Source: Alphaproteobacteria bacterium
Lineage (GTDB): Bacteria > Pseudomonadota > Alphaproteobacteria > Bin95
Direction of reading: 5' to 3'
Assembly (NCBI GenBank): GCA_964291285.2
Contig: OZ219785.1
Location: 288,001 to 352,000 of the forward strand
Length of the DNA stretch: 64,000 nucleotides
Shown: piece after piece, positions 31,799-42,157 of the stretch
Numbering within the stretch: position 1 is the first letter of the stretch
Layout of the letters: each line of letters starts with the position of its first letter
The notes under the pieces: model-generated
The model's database searches: none
What the model saw: only the letters and a program-made list of their open reading frames with translations
What the model was told of the DNA's origin: nothing
Translations under genes and position numbers: made by a program

Positions 31799-32651
31799 TT
31801 AGTCCACCACCAACCCGGTACACATCACCCGCTTGCCAATTAGCCCAACTACCACGTCGCGCATTTGAGCAATGGTGTCCTCATCTCGCACGTTATGGCG
31901 GCCGGCGAACTCGGTAACGTAGCGATGCAGGTACTTCTGGCTAATCTTGTGGAAAGTGCCCTTATGCGCCCGTTTAAGCATGGCCCAAAATGACTCAATG
32001 CCGTTGGTATAGGTCTGGCCCCGGACGTATTCGCCAACGCTATGATTGACGGCCTCGTGCCTATGCGGCATGCCCTTGTAGGCAACGGCCTTGTCCGTAT
32101 AAACGGTTGCATAGGGCTCAACATACTCGCCGCAAAAAAGCCAGCCAGCGTTGGCGCCACGGTATTTGGGCACGGGCTGCACCTAGACACGCCACGTTGC
32201 CCAATTGCGCGCCCCAACAACAGCAGTTTTGCCAACCATGCCACTTTCTGCGTAACACCAAGGTCGCGATGCAGCTTCATGCTGCTAACGCCCTCGAGGC
32301 TGGTGACGTAGAGGTAAACGGTGAAAGCCCATTTGCGCAGCGGCAGGTTGGTCTCCTCCATGGCGGTGCCCGTGCGGACGCTAAAGTAGTTCTTGCAGTC
32401 CCGAGACCTGTAGGGGGCGGGTTTACGGTTCCTCACCTCATAAACCACATTTGCCGCAGAAGCGACTGCCGAGCCAATGGACCTCCTCAAACCATGCTTC
32501 CGCCGATGCCTCATCGGGAAACATGGCGGCCAACTCCATAAGCGAAATGCCTTTGCGGTGAGCCTTGCCTGGGGCTTTGGTCATGGCGGTTTCTCCCTTT
32601 CAAACAATGCAGGGTGAAACCGGGCCGGAGGCAATCAGGATTATAATTCCC
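31799..32651 (-). mobile_element. IS1595-family (ISXO2-like domain) transposase pseudogene with terminal sequence GGGAATTAT
   Basis: Fragments in several frames: MTKAPGKAHRKGISLMEL (start 32584), FSVRTGTAMEETNLPLRKW..GVSSMKLHRDLGVTQK, YTD..HEAVNHSVGEYVRG..TNGIESFWAMLKR. Confidence 0.88.
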
Positions 32652-32683
32652 AAAGAAAAGGGGCGCCCCGCGAAGGGCGCCCC
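32652..32683 (-). terminator. groEL terminator
   Basis: GGGGCGCCC/GGGCGCCCC stem followed by TTTTCTTT on the minus strand. Confidence 0.8.
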
Positions 32684-32713
32684 AATCGTTGTAACCGTCG
32701 GTGACGGCGTGGA

Positions 32714-34408
<1,695 letters not shown>

Positions 34409-34437
34409 CTACGCCGCCATTCGTAAGGCTCGCCGGC

Positions 34438-34737
34438 TCAGGCGGCGGCCTGCTCAATGACGCCCATGATGTCGGACTCCTTCATGATCAACAGCTCCTG
34501 GCCGTCGATCTTGACCTCGGTGCCGGACCACTTGCCGAACAGCACCCGGTCGCCCGCCTTGACGTCGAGCGGGGCGAGCTCGCCCTTGTCGTTCTTGGCG
34601 CCGGGGCCGGCGGAGATGATCTCGCCTTCCATCGGCTTTTCCTGCGCCGTATCGGGAATGATGATGCCGCCGGCGGTCTTCTCTTCCTGCTCGACGCGCC
34701 GGACGAGCACACGGTCATGGAGCGGCCTGAATTTCAT
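34438..34737 (-). CDS. groES: Co-chaperonin GroES
   Basis: [23 protein letters not shown]. Confidence 0.98.
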   Translation of the reverse strand: MKFRPLHDRVLVRRVEQEEKTAGGIIIPDTAQEKPMEGEIISAGPGAKNDKGELAPLDVKAGDRVLFGKWSGTEVKIDGQELLIMKESDIMGVIEQAAA

Positions 34738-34793
34738 GCCTTGCCTCCTGCTGGACTCTGGTGAAACGACCCCCAAACAGGGGTTGGCGGGGC

Positions 34794-34822
34794 AGTTAAG
34801 GTCTCGGCGGCGAAAGTTCAAG
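34794..34822 (-). promoter_or_regulatory. Probable RpoH promoter of groESL
   Basis: CTTGAA followed ~15 nt later by CCTTAACT. Confidence 0.55.
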
Positions 34823-34828
34823 CAAAAT

Positions 34829-34855
34829 CTGGCACTCATGGTCATCGAGTGCTAG
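34829..34855. promoter_or_regulatory. CIRCE element (HrcA operator)
   Basis: CTAGCACTC-N9-GAGTGCCAG (minus strand) versus consensus TTAGCACTC-N9-GAGTGCTAA, upstream of groES. Confidence 0.9.
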
Positions 34856-34992
34856 CAATTTCGGCGGGCAGTTTGTCCCGAATGGCCTCGAATGCCGACT
34901 ATTCTCAATAATTGCAATATATTACACAGAATCCAGTCTGTGCTGCGGCGCGCTTGCGGGACGGGTTGTCGCAGAGACCGCCCCGGCCCCGC

Positions 34993-37900
34993 TCAGGCCT
35001 GGAGGCAATGTCTGATCCATGCCGCCGTCAGCTTTTCCTGCACGCCGTTCTGCGACAGCCGGCCTTTCAGCGTCGGGAAGTCCACAAGGTCGAGCGGCTG
35101 GTCCTGGTTGAAGCAGGAATAGACGACGCGCTCCTCGCCCGAGTCCGGGTCCCGGTGCAGTTGGAGGCACTGGGCGCAGATCTCCTTCATCATGCATTGC
35201 ATCGGCGAGTTGATCGAGCCGACGGCCTTGTGCCCCGGCTTGAGCAGGTCGCGGAGCACACCCCGCCGCGCGGCATCGACCGCCGCCATCATGCCGTCCG
35301 AGCCGATGGCGAGAATGCGGTCCACCTCGCCGAGCGGGATCGGCGGCGCGCCCATCCGCCCCTCTCCGTAGACCGTCATCGCGTCCACGATATTGCCGAC
35401 ATGGGCGAAGTCCTGCGCGCGCTCCGGCCGGAAGCCCGGCGCCTCGTCGCAACACCAGACCACGACATCGGCCGCCGCCTCGATCTCGGCGGTCTTGTAG
35501 CGGTCGCCCGCTTCCTTGTAGCCCGCGAAGTAGAGCACACGGCTGCCCGCCTCGCGCAGCGCGCGCCCGATGGAGAACAGCACCGCATTGCCGAGCCCGC
35601 CGCCGGCGAGCAGCACCGTTTCATTCCCGGGAATCTCCGTCGGCGAGCCGGTGGGGCCCATCAGCACAACAGGCTCGCCCGTCCGGAGCGAGGCCGCGAG
35701 GTCCGAGGAGCCGCCCATTTCGAGGATGATCGTCGAAAGCAGGCCGCGCTCCCGGTCCACCCAGGCCCCGGTCATCGCCAGGCCTTCCATGGCGAGCACC
35801 GTCCCGCGGCGGCGGAGCGCATGGCTCTCGAAATTCTGGAGGCGGTAGAACTGGCCCGGACGGAAGGCCCTCGCCGCCGCCGGCGCCTCGACCACGACCT
35901 CGACGATTTTGGGCGTCAGCCGCACCACCTCGTGTACGCGCGCGCGGAACTCCCGGTTGGCGCGTTCGGCGAGGTCGGCCCCGGTCGCCGGCGGCTGCTC
36001 CGCCAGCAGCCGGCTCACCAGCGGATAGGCCTGCTTCACGCCGCCCATCGCCTTCACGACATTGCCGGCGAAGGAAGGGTGCAGGTCGCCGAAGAAGCTG
36101 ACCGCGCGCCCGTCTTCCCGGCGCTGCATCATCACCTCGGGCGCGGCCGGCTTCGCCGTCGGCTCGGGGACGACCGGGTTGCCCCCGCTGTCCACGGCCT
36201 GGAAATACCTGTCGTCGAGCGCGATGCCGTCGCTCTCGCGCGCCAGCACCGTGTTGGGCTGGGTGCCGGCCGCCACCAGCACCGAGCGGGCCGGCAGCGA
36301 CACCGTCTCGCCGTCACCGAGGGCCCGGCGCCGGCCGCGCTCGTCGATCTCCACGCGCTCGAGGCGCAGCGCGCTTGCCCGGCCGCGCTCGTCCACTTCC
36401 ACGGCGAGCGGCGACAGGCATTCGGCGAACCGGATGCCCTCCTCCAGCGCCTTCGCCACTTCCTCGTGGTTCAGCGTGTAGCTCGGCGCGTCGATCAGCC
36501 GGCGCCGGTAGGCGATGGTGACGCCGCCCCAGGCGCGCAGCAGCTCGCGGATGCGCGGCGCCTCGCCGGCAGCGGCCGCCCGCGCCCGCTCCGCTCTCAG
36601 CGCACGGGCATGGGCGAGGAACTCTTCGGCGACCTCGGCCTCCTCCTCCGTCCACGCGATCCTGCCGTCCAGCGCCTCGCAGCGGGCGAGGAACTTCTCG
36701 ACCTGCACCGGGTAGTAGGCGAGGGACTCGGTCGCGGTGTCGATGGCGGTGAGCCCGCCGCCCACCACGACGACCGGCAGGCGTATCTGGAGATTGGCGA
36801 TGCTGTCCGTGCGCGCCGCGCCGGTAAGCTGGAGCGCCATCAGGAAGTCCGACGCCATGCGCACGCCGGGCGCGAGCGCGTTGGGCATCGGCACATGGGT
36901 CGGCCGGCCGGCCCCGGCCGCCAGCGCCACATGGTCGAAGCCCCATTCGAACGCCTCGTCGAGCCCGAGCGTGCCGCCGAAGCGCACGCCGCCGACCATG
37001 GTGAAGGCCGCGCGCCGTTCCAGCAGCAGGCGCACCAGCTTGAGGAAGTTCTTGTCCCAGCGCACGGTGATGCCGTATTCGGCAACGCCGCCGAAGCCGG
37101 CCATGACGCGCTCGGACAGGTCCTCGCGGAGTTCCGCCATGTCGCGCACGGGCCGGAAGGGGTGGCGCGCACCCGCCTCGTCCACGCCCGAGAGCGCGGC
37201 CGGAAGCGGCTCGATCTTGAGCCCGTCCACCGCCACCACGCGGTGCCCGTCATTCATGAGGTGGTGGGCGAGGCTGAATCCGGCGGGGCCGAGGCCCACC
37301 ACCAGCACCTGCCGGCCGCTGTCCGGCAGCGGCAGCGGGCGGGCGAAATTGAGCGGGTTCCAGCGCGTCAGCAGGCTGTAGATCTCGAAGCCCCAGGGCA
37401 GGTCGAGCACGTCCTTCAGCACCCGCGTCTCGACCTGCGGGATATCGACCGGGTCCTGCTTCTGGTAGATGCAGGACTTCATGCAGTCATTGCAGATGCG
37501 GTGGCCGGTGGCGGCGCAGAGCGGGTTGTCGATGCACACCGTCGCGAGCGCGCCCAGCGCCCAGCCCTCGGTCTTGAGGAGCTGCATCTCGGAGATCTTT
37601 TCTTCCAGCGGGCAGCCCGCGAGTTCGACGTCGAACACCGTCCTGCCGAACGCGCCCGTGCGGCGGTCGCGCAGCCCGCGCGCGCAGCTGTCCTTGCCGT
37701 GGTTGTGGCAGAAGATGCAGTAATGCGCCTGGTCGAGCGCCGCCTTGAGGTCCATGCCGTCATCGGTGAGCGCGAAGCCCTCGCGCCGGCGCAGCCGCGC
37801 CTGCGCGAGTTCGTGGGCCTCCGCGCCGTTCTCCATGCGCTGCTCGGTGTCGATCAGGCGCATGGGGTCGATGCGCCCCGGCTGCCTGAACAGCACGCCG

Positions 37901-38436
37901 TTGCCGTGGCGCGCGCGTCCCTGCGGGTGGTGGAGCGCCCAGGCCGCGTAGCGCGCCGCCGCCTCCAGCGCCTCGCCCGCATTCGCCTCGTCCCCGAGCC
38001 AGCCCAGCACCGCCTCGGAGAAGGCCTCCTCCTCGACCGGAACCGGCATATGCGCCCCGAGCGCCGCCTCGACCGCCGCCCCGTCGAGCGCCGCCGCCTC
38101 CGCCGGCTTCACCGCCCGCGCGGCGCGGCGCTGCACGAACAGCCGCTTGCAGCGATAGACGGGCGCGAGCGCGGTATGGCGCCCGGAGAGCGCCTCCGCC
38201 TCCGCCTCAATGCCGAACAGGCGGGCGAGGCAGGCTTCCAGCTTCGGCGCCAACGCCAGCACCAGCGCCGCTTCCGCCTTCGGCTCCAGCGCGCCGGGCG
38301 CCGTGCGGGCGGCCTCCAGCTCCGCGCGCAGCGGCTCATCGAGGCTCTCCAGGAACTGCGCGTCGAGCCGGACCAGCCCGTCGCGGCAATAGAGGTCCTC
38401 GAAGCGGAAACCGTCGGCAAGGGTGAGTTCGGTCAT
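34993..38436 (-). CDS. Large FAD/Fe-S oxidoreductase: GltD/NfnB-like domain fused to FNR/PyrK/NfnA-like domain
   Basis: CIFCH..DSC..GCP..RICNDCMKSC, VGLGPAG, GGGLTAID; C-terminal PGQFYRL, MGPTG, GGGLG, MQCMMKEICAQC. Confidence 0.85.
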   Translation of the reverse strand: MTELTLADGFRFEDLYCRDGLVRLDAQFLESLDEPLRAELEAARTAPGALEPKAEAALVLALAPKLEACLARLFGIEAEAEALSGRHTALAPVYRCKRLFVQRRAARAVKPAEAAALDGAAVEAALGAHMPVPVEEEAFSEAVLGWLGDEANAGEALEAAARYAAWALHHPQGRARHGNGVLFRQPGRIDPMRLIDTEQRMENGAEAHELAQARLRRREGFALTDDGMDLKAALDQAHYCIFCHNHGKDSCARGLRDRRTGAFGRTVFDVELAGCPLEEKISEMQLLKTEGWALGALATVCIDNPLCAATGHRICNDCMKSCIYQKQDPVDIPQVETRVLKDVLDLPWGFEIYSLLTRWNPLNFARPLPLPDSGRQVLVVGLGPAGFSLAHHLMNDGHRVVAVDGLKIEPLPAALSGVDEAGARHPFRPVRDMAELREDLSERVMAGFGGVAEYGITVRWDKNFLKLVRLLLERRAAFTMVGGVRFGGTLGLDEAFEWGFDHVALAAGAGRPTHVPMPNALAPGVRMASDFLMALQLTGAARTDSIANLQIRLPVVVVGGGLTAIDTATESLAYYPVQVEKFLARCEALDGRIAWTEEEAEVAEEFLAHARALRAERARAAAAGEAPRIRELLRAWGGVTIAYRRRLIDAPSYTLNHEEVAKALEEGIRFAECLSPLAVEVDERGRASALRLERVEIDERGRRRALGDGETVSLPARSVLVAAGTQPNTVLARESDGIALDDRYFQAVDSGGNPVVPEPTAKPAAPEVMMQRREDGRAVSFFGDLHPSFAGNVVKAMGGVKQAYPLVSRLLAEQPPATGADLAERANREFRARVHEVVRLTPKIVEVVVEAPAAARAFRPGQFYRLQNFESHALRRRGTVLAMEGLAMTGAWVDRERGLLSTIILEMGGSSDLAASLRTGEPVVLMGPTGSPTEIPGNETVLLAGGGLGNAVLFSIGRALREAGSRVLYFAGYKEAGDRYKTAEIEAAADVVVWCCDEAPGFRPERAQDFAHVGNIVDAMTVYGEGRMGAPPIPLGEVDRILAIGSDGMMAAVDAARRGVLRDLLKPGHKAVGSINSPMQCMMKEICAQCLQLHRDPDSGEERVVYSCFNQDQPLDLVDFPTLKGRLSQNGVQEKLTAAWIRHCLQA

Positions 38437-38514
38437 GGAATGTACGGTTCACCTGGCGCGGCGGGGCCTGCCCGGTATTGCCGGGCCGGGCGAGGCTCTC
38501 TAATTAGGCGTTCC

Positions 38515-39561
38515 ATGTCCGAGCGACAAGCGACCCCGTGCCGCGCCGTGACCGTCTGGCTCATCTTCATGGCGTGCGCCGTGGCCGCCATGGTCTCGAT
38601 CGGCGGCATCACGAGGCTCACCGGGTCGGGCCTGTCGATGGTGGAATGGCGCCCGCTGATCGGCTGGCTGCCGCCGCTTTCCGAGGCCGAGTGGAAACGG
38701 ATTTTCGCGCTTTACCGGGAGACGCCGGAGTTCCGGCAGGTCAATTTCACCATCGACCTCGACGGCTTCCGGGCGATTTTCTGGTGGGAGTATGTCCACC
38801 GCCTCTGGGGCCGGCTGCTGGGCGTGTTCTTCATCCTGCCGCTCGCCTGGTTCTGGTTCCGGGGCCGGATCGACCGGCCGCTCCGTTTCCGCCTGGCTCT
38901 GCTGCTGGCGCTCGGCGCGCTGCAGGGGCTGATCGGCTGGTGGATGGTGCGCAGCGGCCTCGCCGACCGGCCCGATGTGAGCGCGGCGAGGCTCGCCGTC
39001 CATCTCGGCATGGCGCTCCTCATCTTCGCGTTCCTCGTCTGGACCGTGCTCGACCGCATCCGGCCCCGGGCAGGCAGGAGGGCGCTCTCCGCCTGGCTGC
39101 TGCTCGGCCTCATCGCCGCCGCCATCGCAAGCGGCGCGCTGGTCGCCGGCAACAATGGCGGCCTCATCTACAACAGCTTCCCGCTCATGGGCGGCGATCT
39201 GGTACCGCCGGACTACCGCAGCGGCCGGAGCTGGATCGCCGATGCGCTGGAAAACCCGGTCGCGGCCCAACTCCATCACCGGCTGCTGGCGATGGCCGCA
39301 CTTCTGGCGGTCGTCGCGGCCTGGCTCCGGGCCGGCGGCCGGCGGGCCGGGACGGCGGAGCACCTCCTGCTTGCGGCAGTCCTGCTTCAGGCCGGCCTCG
39401 GCCTGGCAACGCTGCTCGCCGTCGTGCCGCTCGGCCTCGCTGCGCTGCACCAGTTCGGCGCCGTGCTGCTATTGGCCGCCGCCCTGTTGCGTACCCAAGG
39501 CGCCATTGCCTCCGCAAGTATAGAATTCGGGAATACAGATAATCATTCAACAATACAGTAA
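38515..39561 (+). CDS. ctaA: Heme A synthase (COX15/CtaA type 2)
   Basis: GGITRLTGSGLSMVEW, WWEYVHRLWGR, GWWMVRSGL, HHR, LHQ. Confidence 0.93.
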   Translation: MSERQATPCRAVTVWLIFMACAVAAMVSIGGITRLTGSGLSMVEWRPLIGWLPPLSEAEWKRIFALYRETPEFRQVNFTIDLDGFRAIFWWEYVHRLWGRLLGVFFILPLAWFWFRGRIDRPLRFRLALLLALGALQGLIGWWMVRSGLADRPDVSAARLAVHLGMALLIFAFLVWTVLDRIRPRAGRRALSAWLLLGLIAAAIASGALVAGNNGGLIYNSFPLMGGDLVPPDYRSGRSWIADALENPVAAQLHHRLLAMAALLAVVAAWLRAGGRRAGTAEHLLLAAVLLQAGLGLATLLAVVPLGLAALHQFGAVLLLAAALLRTQGAIASASIEFGNTDNHSTIQ

Positions 39562-39695
39562 AGAAACACCGATACTCATAAACAGTGCATAAATAGGACA
39601 ATATAAATACAAGTATAGACATTATTGAAAATTCATCGGCTCCATGCAAATTTATAGGCTCTCAACGCTTATCTTGACTTGAGGAGTTCTTTCGC

Positions 39696-40715
39696 ATGGC
39701 GGAACGATTGGCCGAAACAGCCGAAGACGTCTCGCGGCTGGCTTTCGGTTTCATGGCTTCCAAGGCGCTGTTCGCCGGCTTGCATGTCGATGTCTTCAGC
39801 CAGCTCGCGGACGGGCCGAAAACGGCGGGCGCGATCGCGGCGGCGACGGGCGTTCCCGTCAACCGGATCACGACCCTGATGACGGCGTTGACGGCAGTCG
39901 GCCTCGTGGACCGGGAGGAGGAGAGCTATTTCAATGCGCCTGCCGCCTCGTCTTTCCTGGTGCGCGGCGCGCGCCACGATTTCGGCGACTATCTGCGCTA
40001 CCAGATCGACCGGCAGATGTATCCGTTCCTGACCCAGTTGAACGAGGTCATGGACGGCTCGCTCGACCCCGAGGCCGTGGACAGCTACCAGCACTGGATG
40101 TCGGACCCGGAGCAGGCCGTGCTCTACAGCGAGGCGCAGCATGCCGGCTCCCTCGGGCCCGGCCGCACGCTTGCGCGGCTGGTCGATCTCTCGGGCTGCC
40201 ACAACCTGCTCGACGTCGGCGGCGGCACCGGCGCCATGACCATCCGGCTGCTGGAGACCTTTCCCGACCTCGTCTCGACGATCATCGACTTCCCCAATGT
40301 CGCCGAGATCGGCTGGCGGTTCATCACCGAGGCCGGGATGGTGGACCGGGTGCGCTACATACCCGCCGATGCGCTGGCCGCCGACTGGCCGACCGAGCAG
40401 GACGCGATCCTGATGTCATACCTGTTCAGCGGCGTCCCGGGCTCCGAACTGCCGCGGCTGGTGCAACAGGCCTACGATTGCCTGTCGCCCGGCGGCCATT
40501 TCATCGTCCACGACTTCATGGTGGAGGACGACCGCACCGGCCCGCCCATGGCGGCGCTCTGGCAGTTGCAGCACATGGCCTTCACCCCGGAGGCGCGCTC
40601 GGTCACCCCCGGCTGGCTGAAGGGCCGGATGCTGGAAGTCGGCTTCGCCGTGCCTCGCGACGAGGAAATGGTGCCGGGCATGACCCGGCTGATCCACGCC
40701 CGCCGGCTGGCATAG
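39696..40715 (+). CDS. SAM-dependent O-methyltransferase (dimerisation + Methyltransf_2)
   Basis: GFMASKALF N-terminal domain, LLDVGGGTG, HDF. Confidence 0.88.
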   Translation: MAERLAETAEDVSRLAFGFMASKALFAGLHVDVFSQLADGPKTAGAIAAATGVPVNRITTLMTALTAVGLVDREEESYFNAPAASSFLVRGARHDFGDYLRYQIDRQMYPFLTQLNEVMDGSLDPEAVDSYQHWMSDPEQAVLYSEAQHAGSLGPGRTLARLVDLSGCHNLLDVGGGTGAMTIRLLETFPDLVSTIIDFPNVAEIGWRFITEAGMVDRVRYIPADALAADWPTEQDAILMSYLFSGVPGSELPRLVQQAYDCLSPGGHFIVHDFMVEDDRTGPPMAALWQLQHMAFTPEARSVTPGWLKGRMLEVGFAVPRDEEMVPGMTRLIHARRLA

Positions 40716-40775
40716 ACGGCGCCTGGGGGCTCATCTGCCGCGGGCAGAGCCGGCGCAGCGCCTGCCCCGCGGCGC

Positions 40776-41321
40776 TCAGTCGAGCGGGAAGGCGTCCAGC
40801 CAGGGCTGGTAGTCGGGCTCGACATCCACCTCCAACGTCTCCAGCAGCCTCACCACGCCGCAATAGAACGCCACCACGAGCACGAGATCGACGGTGCGCG
40901 CCGTGCCGAGCTCCCGCTCGAGGAAAGCGAAGGTCTCCCCGGACATGGCGGGGCCGCGGGTCATCTCGCGCGCGCCTTTCAGCACCGCCGTCTCGACCGG
41001 CCCGAGACCGCCCGGCTCGCCCCGCGTCTCCGCCTGGACGGCGCGGATATCGCCGTCGCTGAGGCCGAAATCCTTCCCGATCTTGATGTGGTGGCTGTAT
41101 TCATACTCGGACTTCGCCAGGCAGCCGACCTGCAGGATGGCGAGCTCCCGCAGGCGCGGGTCGAGCTTGCATTGCCAGCGGATCCAGCTTCCGAGTCCGC
41201 CGAACGCCCTTGCCCCTTCCGGGCTGTGCGCGAGCGCTTTGTTCAGGTTGATGGGCCGGGCAAGCACATCGCGGTCTTCCGGCGCGAGGTCGGCTTCTTC
41301 CAGCAGGGGAATGCGGGCCAT
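40776..41321 (-). CDS. Carboxymuconolactone decarboxylase (AhpD-like) family protein
   Basis: MARIPLL, LAHSP, LRELAILQVG..SEYEYSHH. Confidence 0.85.
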   Translation of the reverse strand: MARIPLLEEADLAPEDRDVLARPINLNKALAHSPEGARAFGGLGSWIRWQCKLDPRLRELAILQVGCLAKSEYEYSHHIKIGKDFGLSDGDIRAVQAETRGEPGGLGPVETAVLKGAREMTRGPAMSGETFAFLERELGTARTVDLVLVVAFYCGVVRLLETLEVDVEPDYQPWLDAFPLD

Positions 41322-42118
41322 CAGACGGTATCCCTTTCCGGACCGCGGACGGAAGCGCCGCCATCCACCACGAGCGTGTGCCCGGTGATCCACCGGGAGC
41401 GGTCCGAGAGCAGGAAGCGCACCGCCTCGCCGATGTCCCAGCCGGTGCCCTCGGTCCTGAGCAGCGAGGCGTCGGCGCGCGCCCGGCGGGCTGTATCGCT
41501 CATGCCCGGCCCGCGCTGATACACCATCGGCGTATAGACCGGCCCCGGTGCTATGCAATTGACCCGCACCCCCTCGCCGCCGTGATCCACCGCCATGGCG
41601 CGGGTGAGCGCAATCACCGCGCCCTTCGAGGCCGAGTAGGCGGTGAGGCCGCGCGGACGCAGCGCCGAGATCGAGGACACATTGACCACCGCGCCGCCGC
41701 CTGCCGTCGAGACCATCGCCGGAATAGCGTGTTTGGCGGCGAGGAACATGCCCTTCACATTCACCTCCATCACCCGCTCCCACGCCTCCTCGGTCTCCTC
41801 GACCACGGAGCCGCGCGAGGAGATGCCGACATTATTGTCGAGTCCGTCGAGCCGCCCGAAGCGTTCCAGCACCGCCGCAACCATGGCGGCGCAGTCCTCA
41901 TCGCGGGTGATGTCGGCGGCGCAGGCCGCCGCCTCGCCGCCGCGTTCGGCAATCATCTCGACCGTGCGTTCGGCCAGCGCGAGGTCGCGGTCCACGCACA
42001 TGATGCGCGCGCCCGCCTCCGCCATCAGGATCGCCGCCGCGCGGCCGTTGCCGATGCCGTCCGGATCGACGGCGCCCGCCCCCGCCACGAGGACGACCTT
42101 TCCCTCCATCTCCGCCAT
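41321..42118 (-). CDS. Short-chain dehydrogenase/reductase
   Basis: GAG..GIG, NNVG, YSASK, VRVNCIAPG. Confidence 0.93.
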   Translation of the reverse strand: MAEMEGKVVLVAGAGAVDPDGIGNGRAAAILMAEAGARIMCVDRDLALAERTVEMIAERGGEAAACAADITRDEDCAAMVAAVLERFGRLDGLDNNVGISSRGSVVEETEEAWERVMEVNVKGMFLAAKHAIPAMVSTAGGGAVVNVSSISALRPRGLTAYSASKGAVIALTRAMAVDHGGEGVRVNCIAPGPVYTPMVYQRGPGMSDTARRARADASLLRTEGTGWDIGEAVRFLLSDRSRWITGHTLVVDGGASVRGPERDTV

Positions 42119-42157
42119 GACAGCCCCTCTCCTGATTCGCCCTGTCGTTCGCCGCCC

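Noticed and set aside
30010-32700. Integrase-type genomic island with attL/attR duplication of the tRNA-Pro 3' end
   Set aside because: No integrase and no repeat of the tRNA 3' end seen before groEL
34993-38436. Naming the oxidoreductase gltD
   Set aside because: More than twice the usual size, extra domains, and no gltB partner
40776-41321. Second selenoprotein candidate (CMD/AhpD family)
   Set aside because: No in-frame UGA or CxxC/U motif; has the SxYExxHH variant
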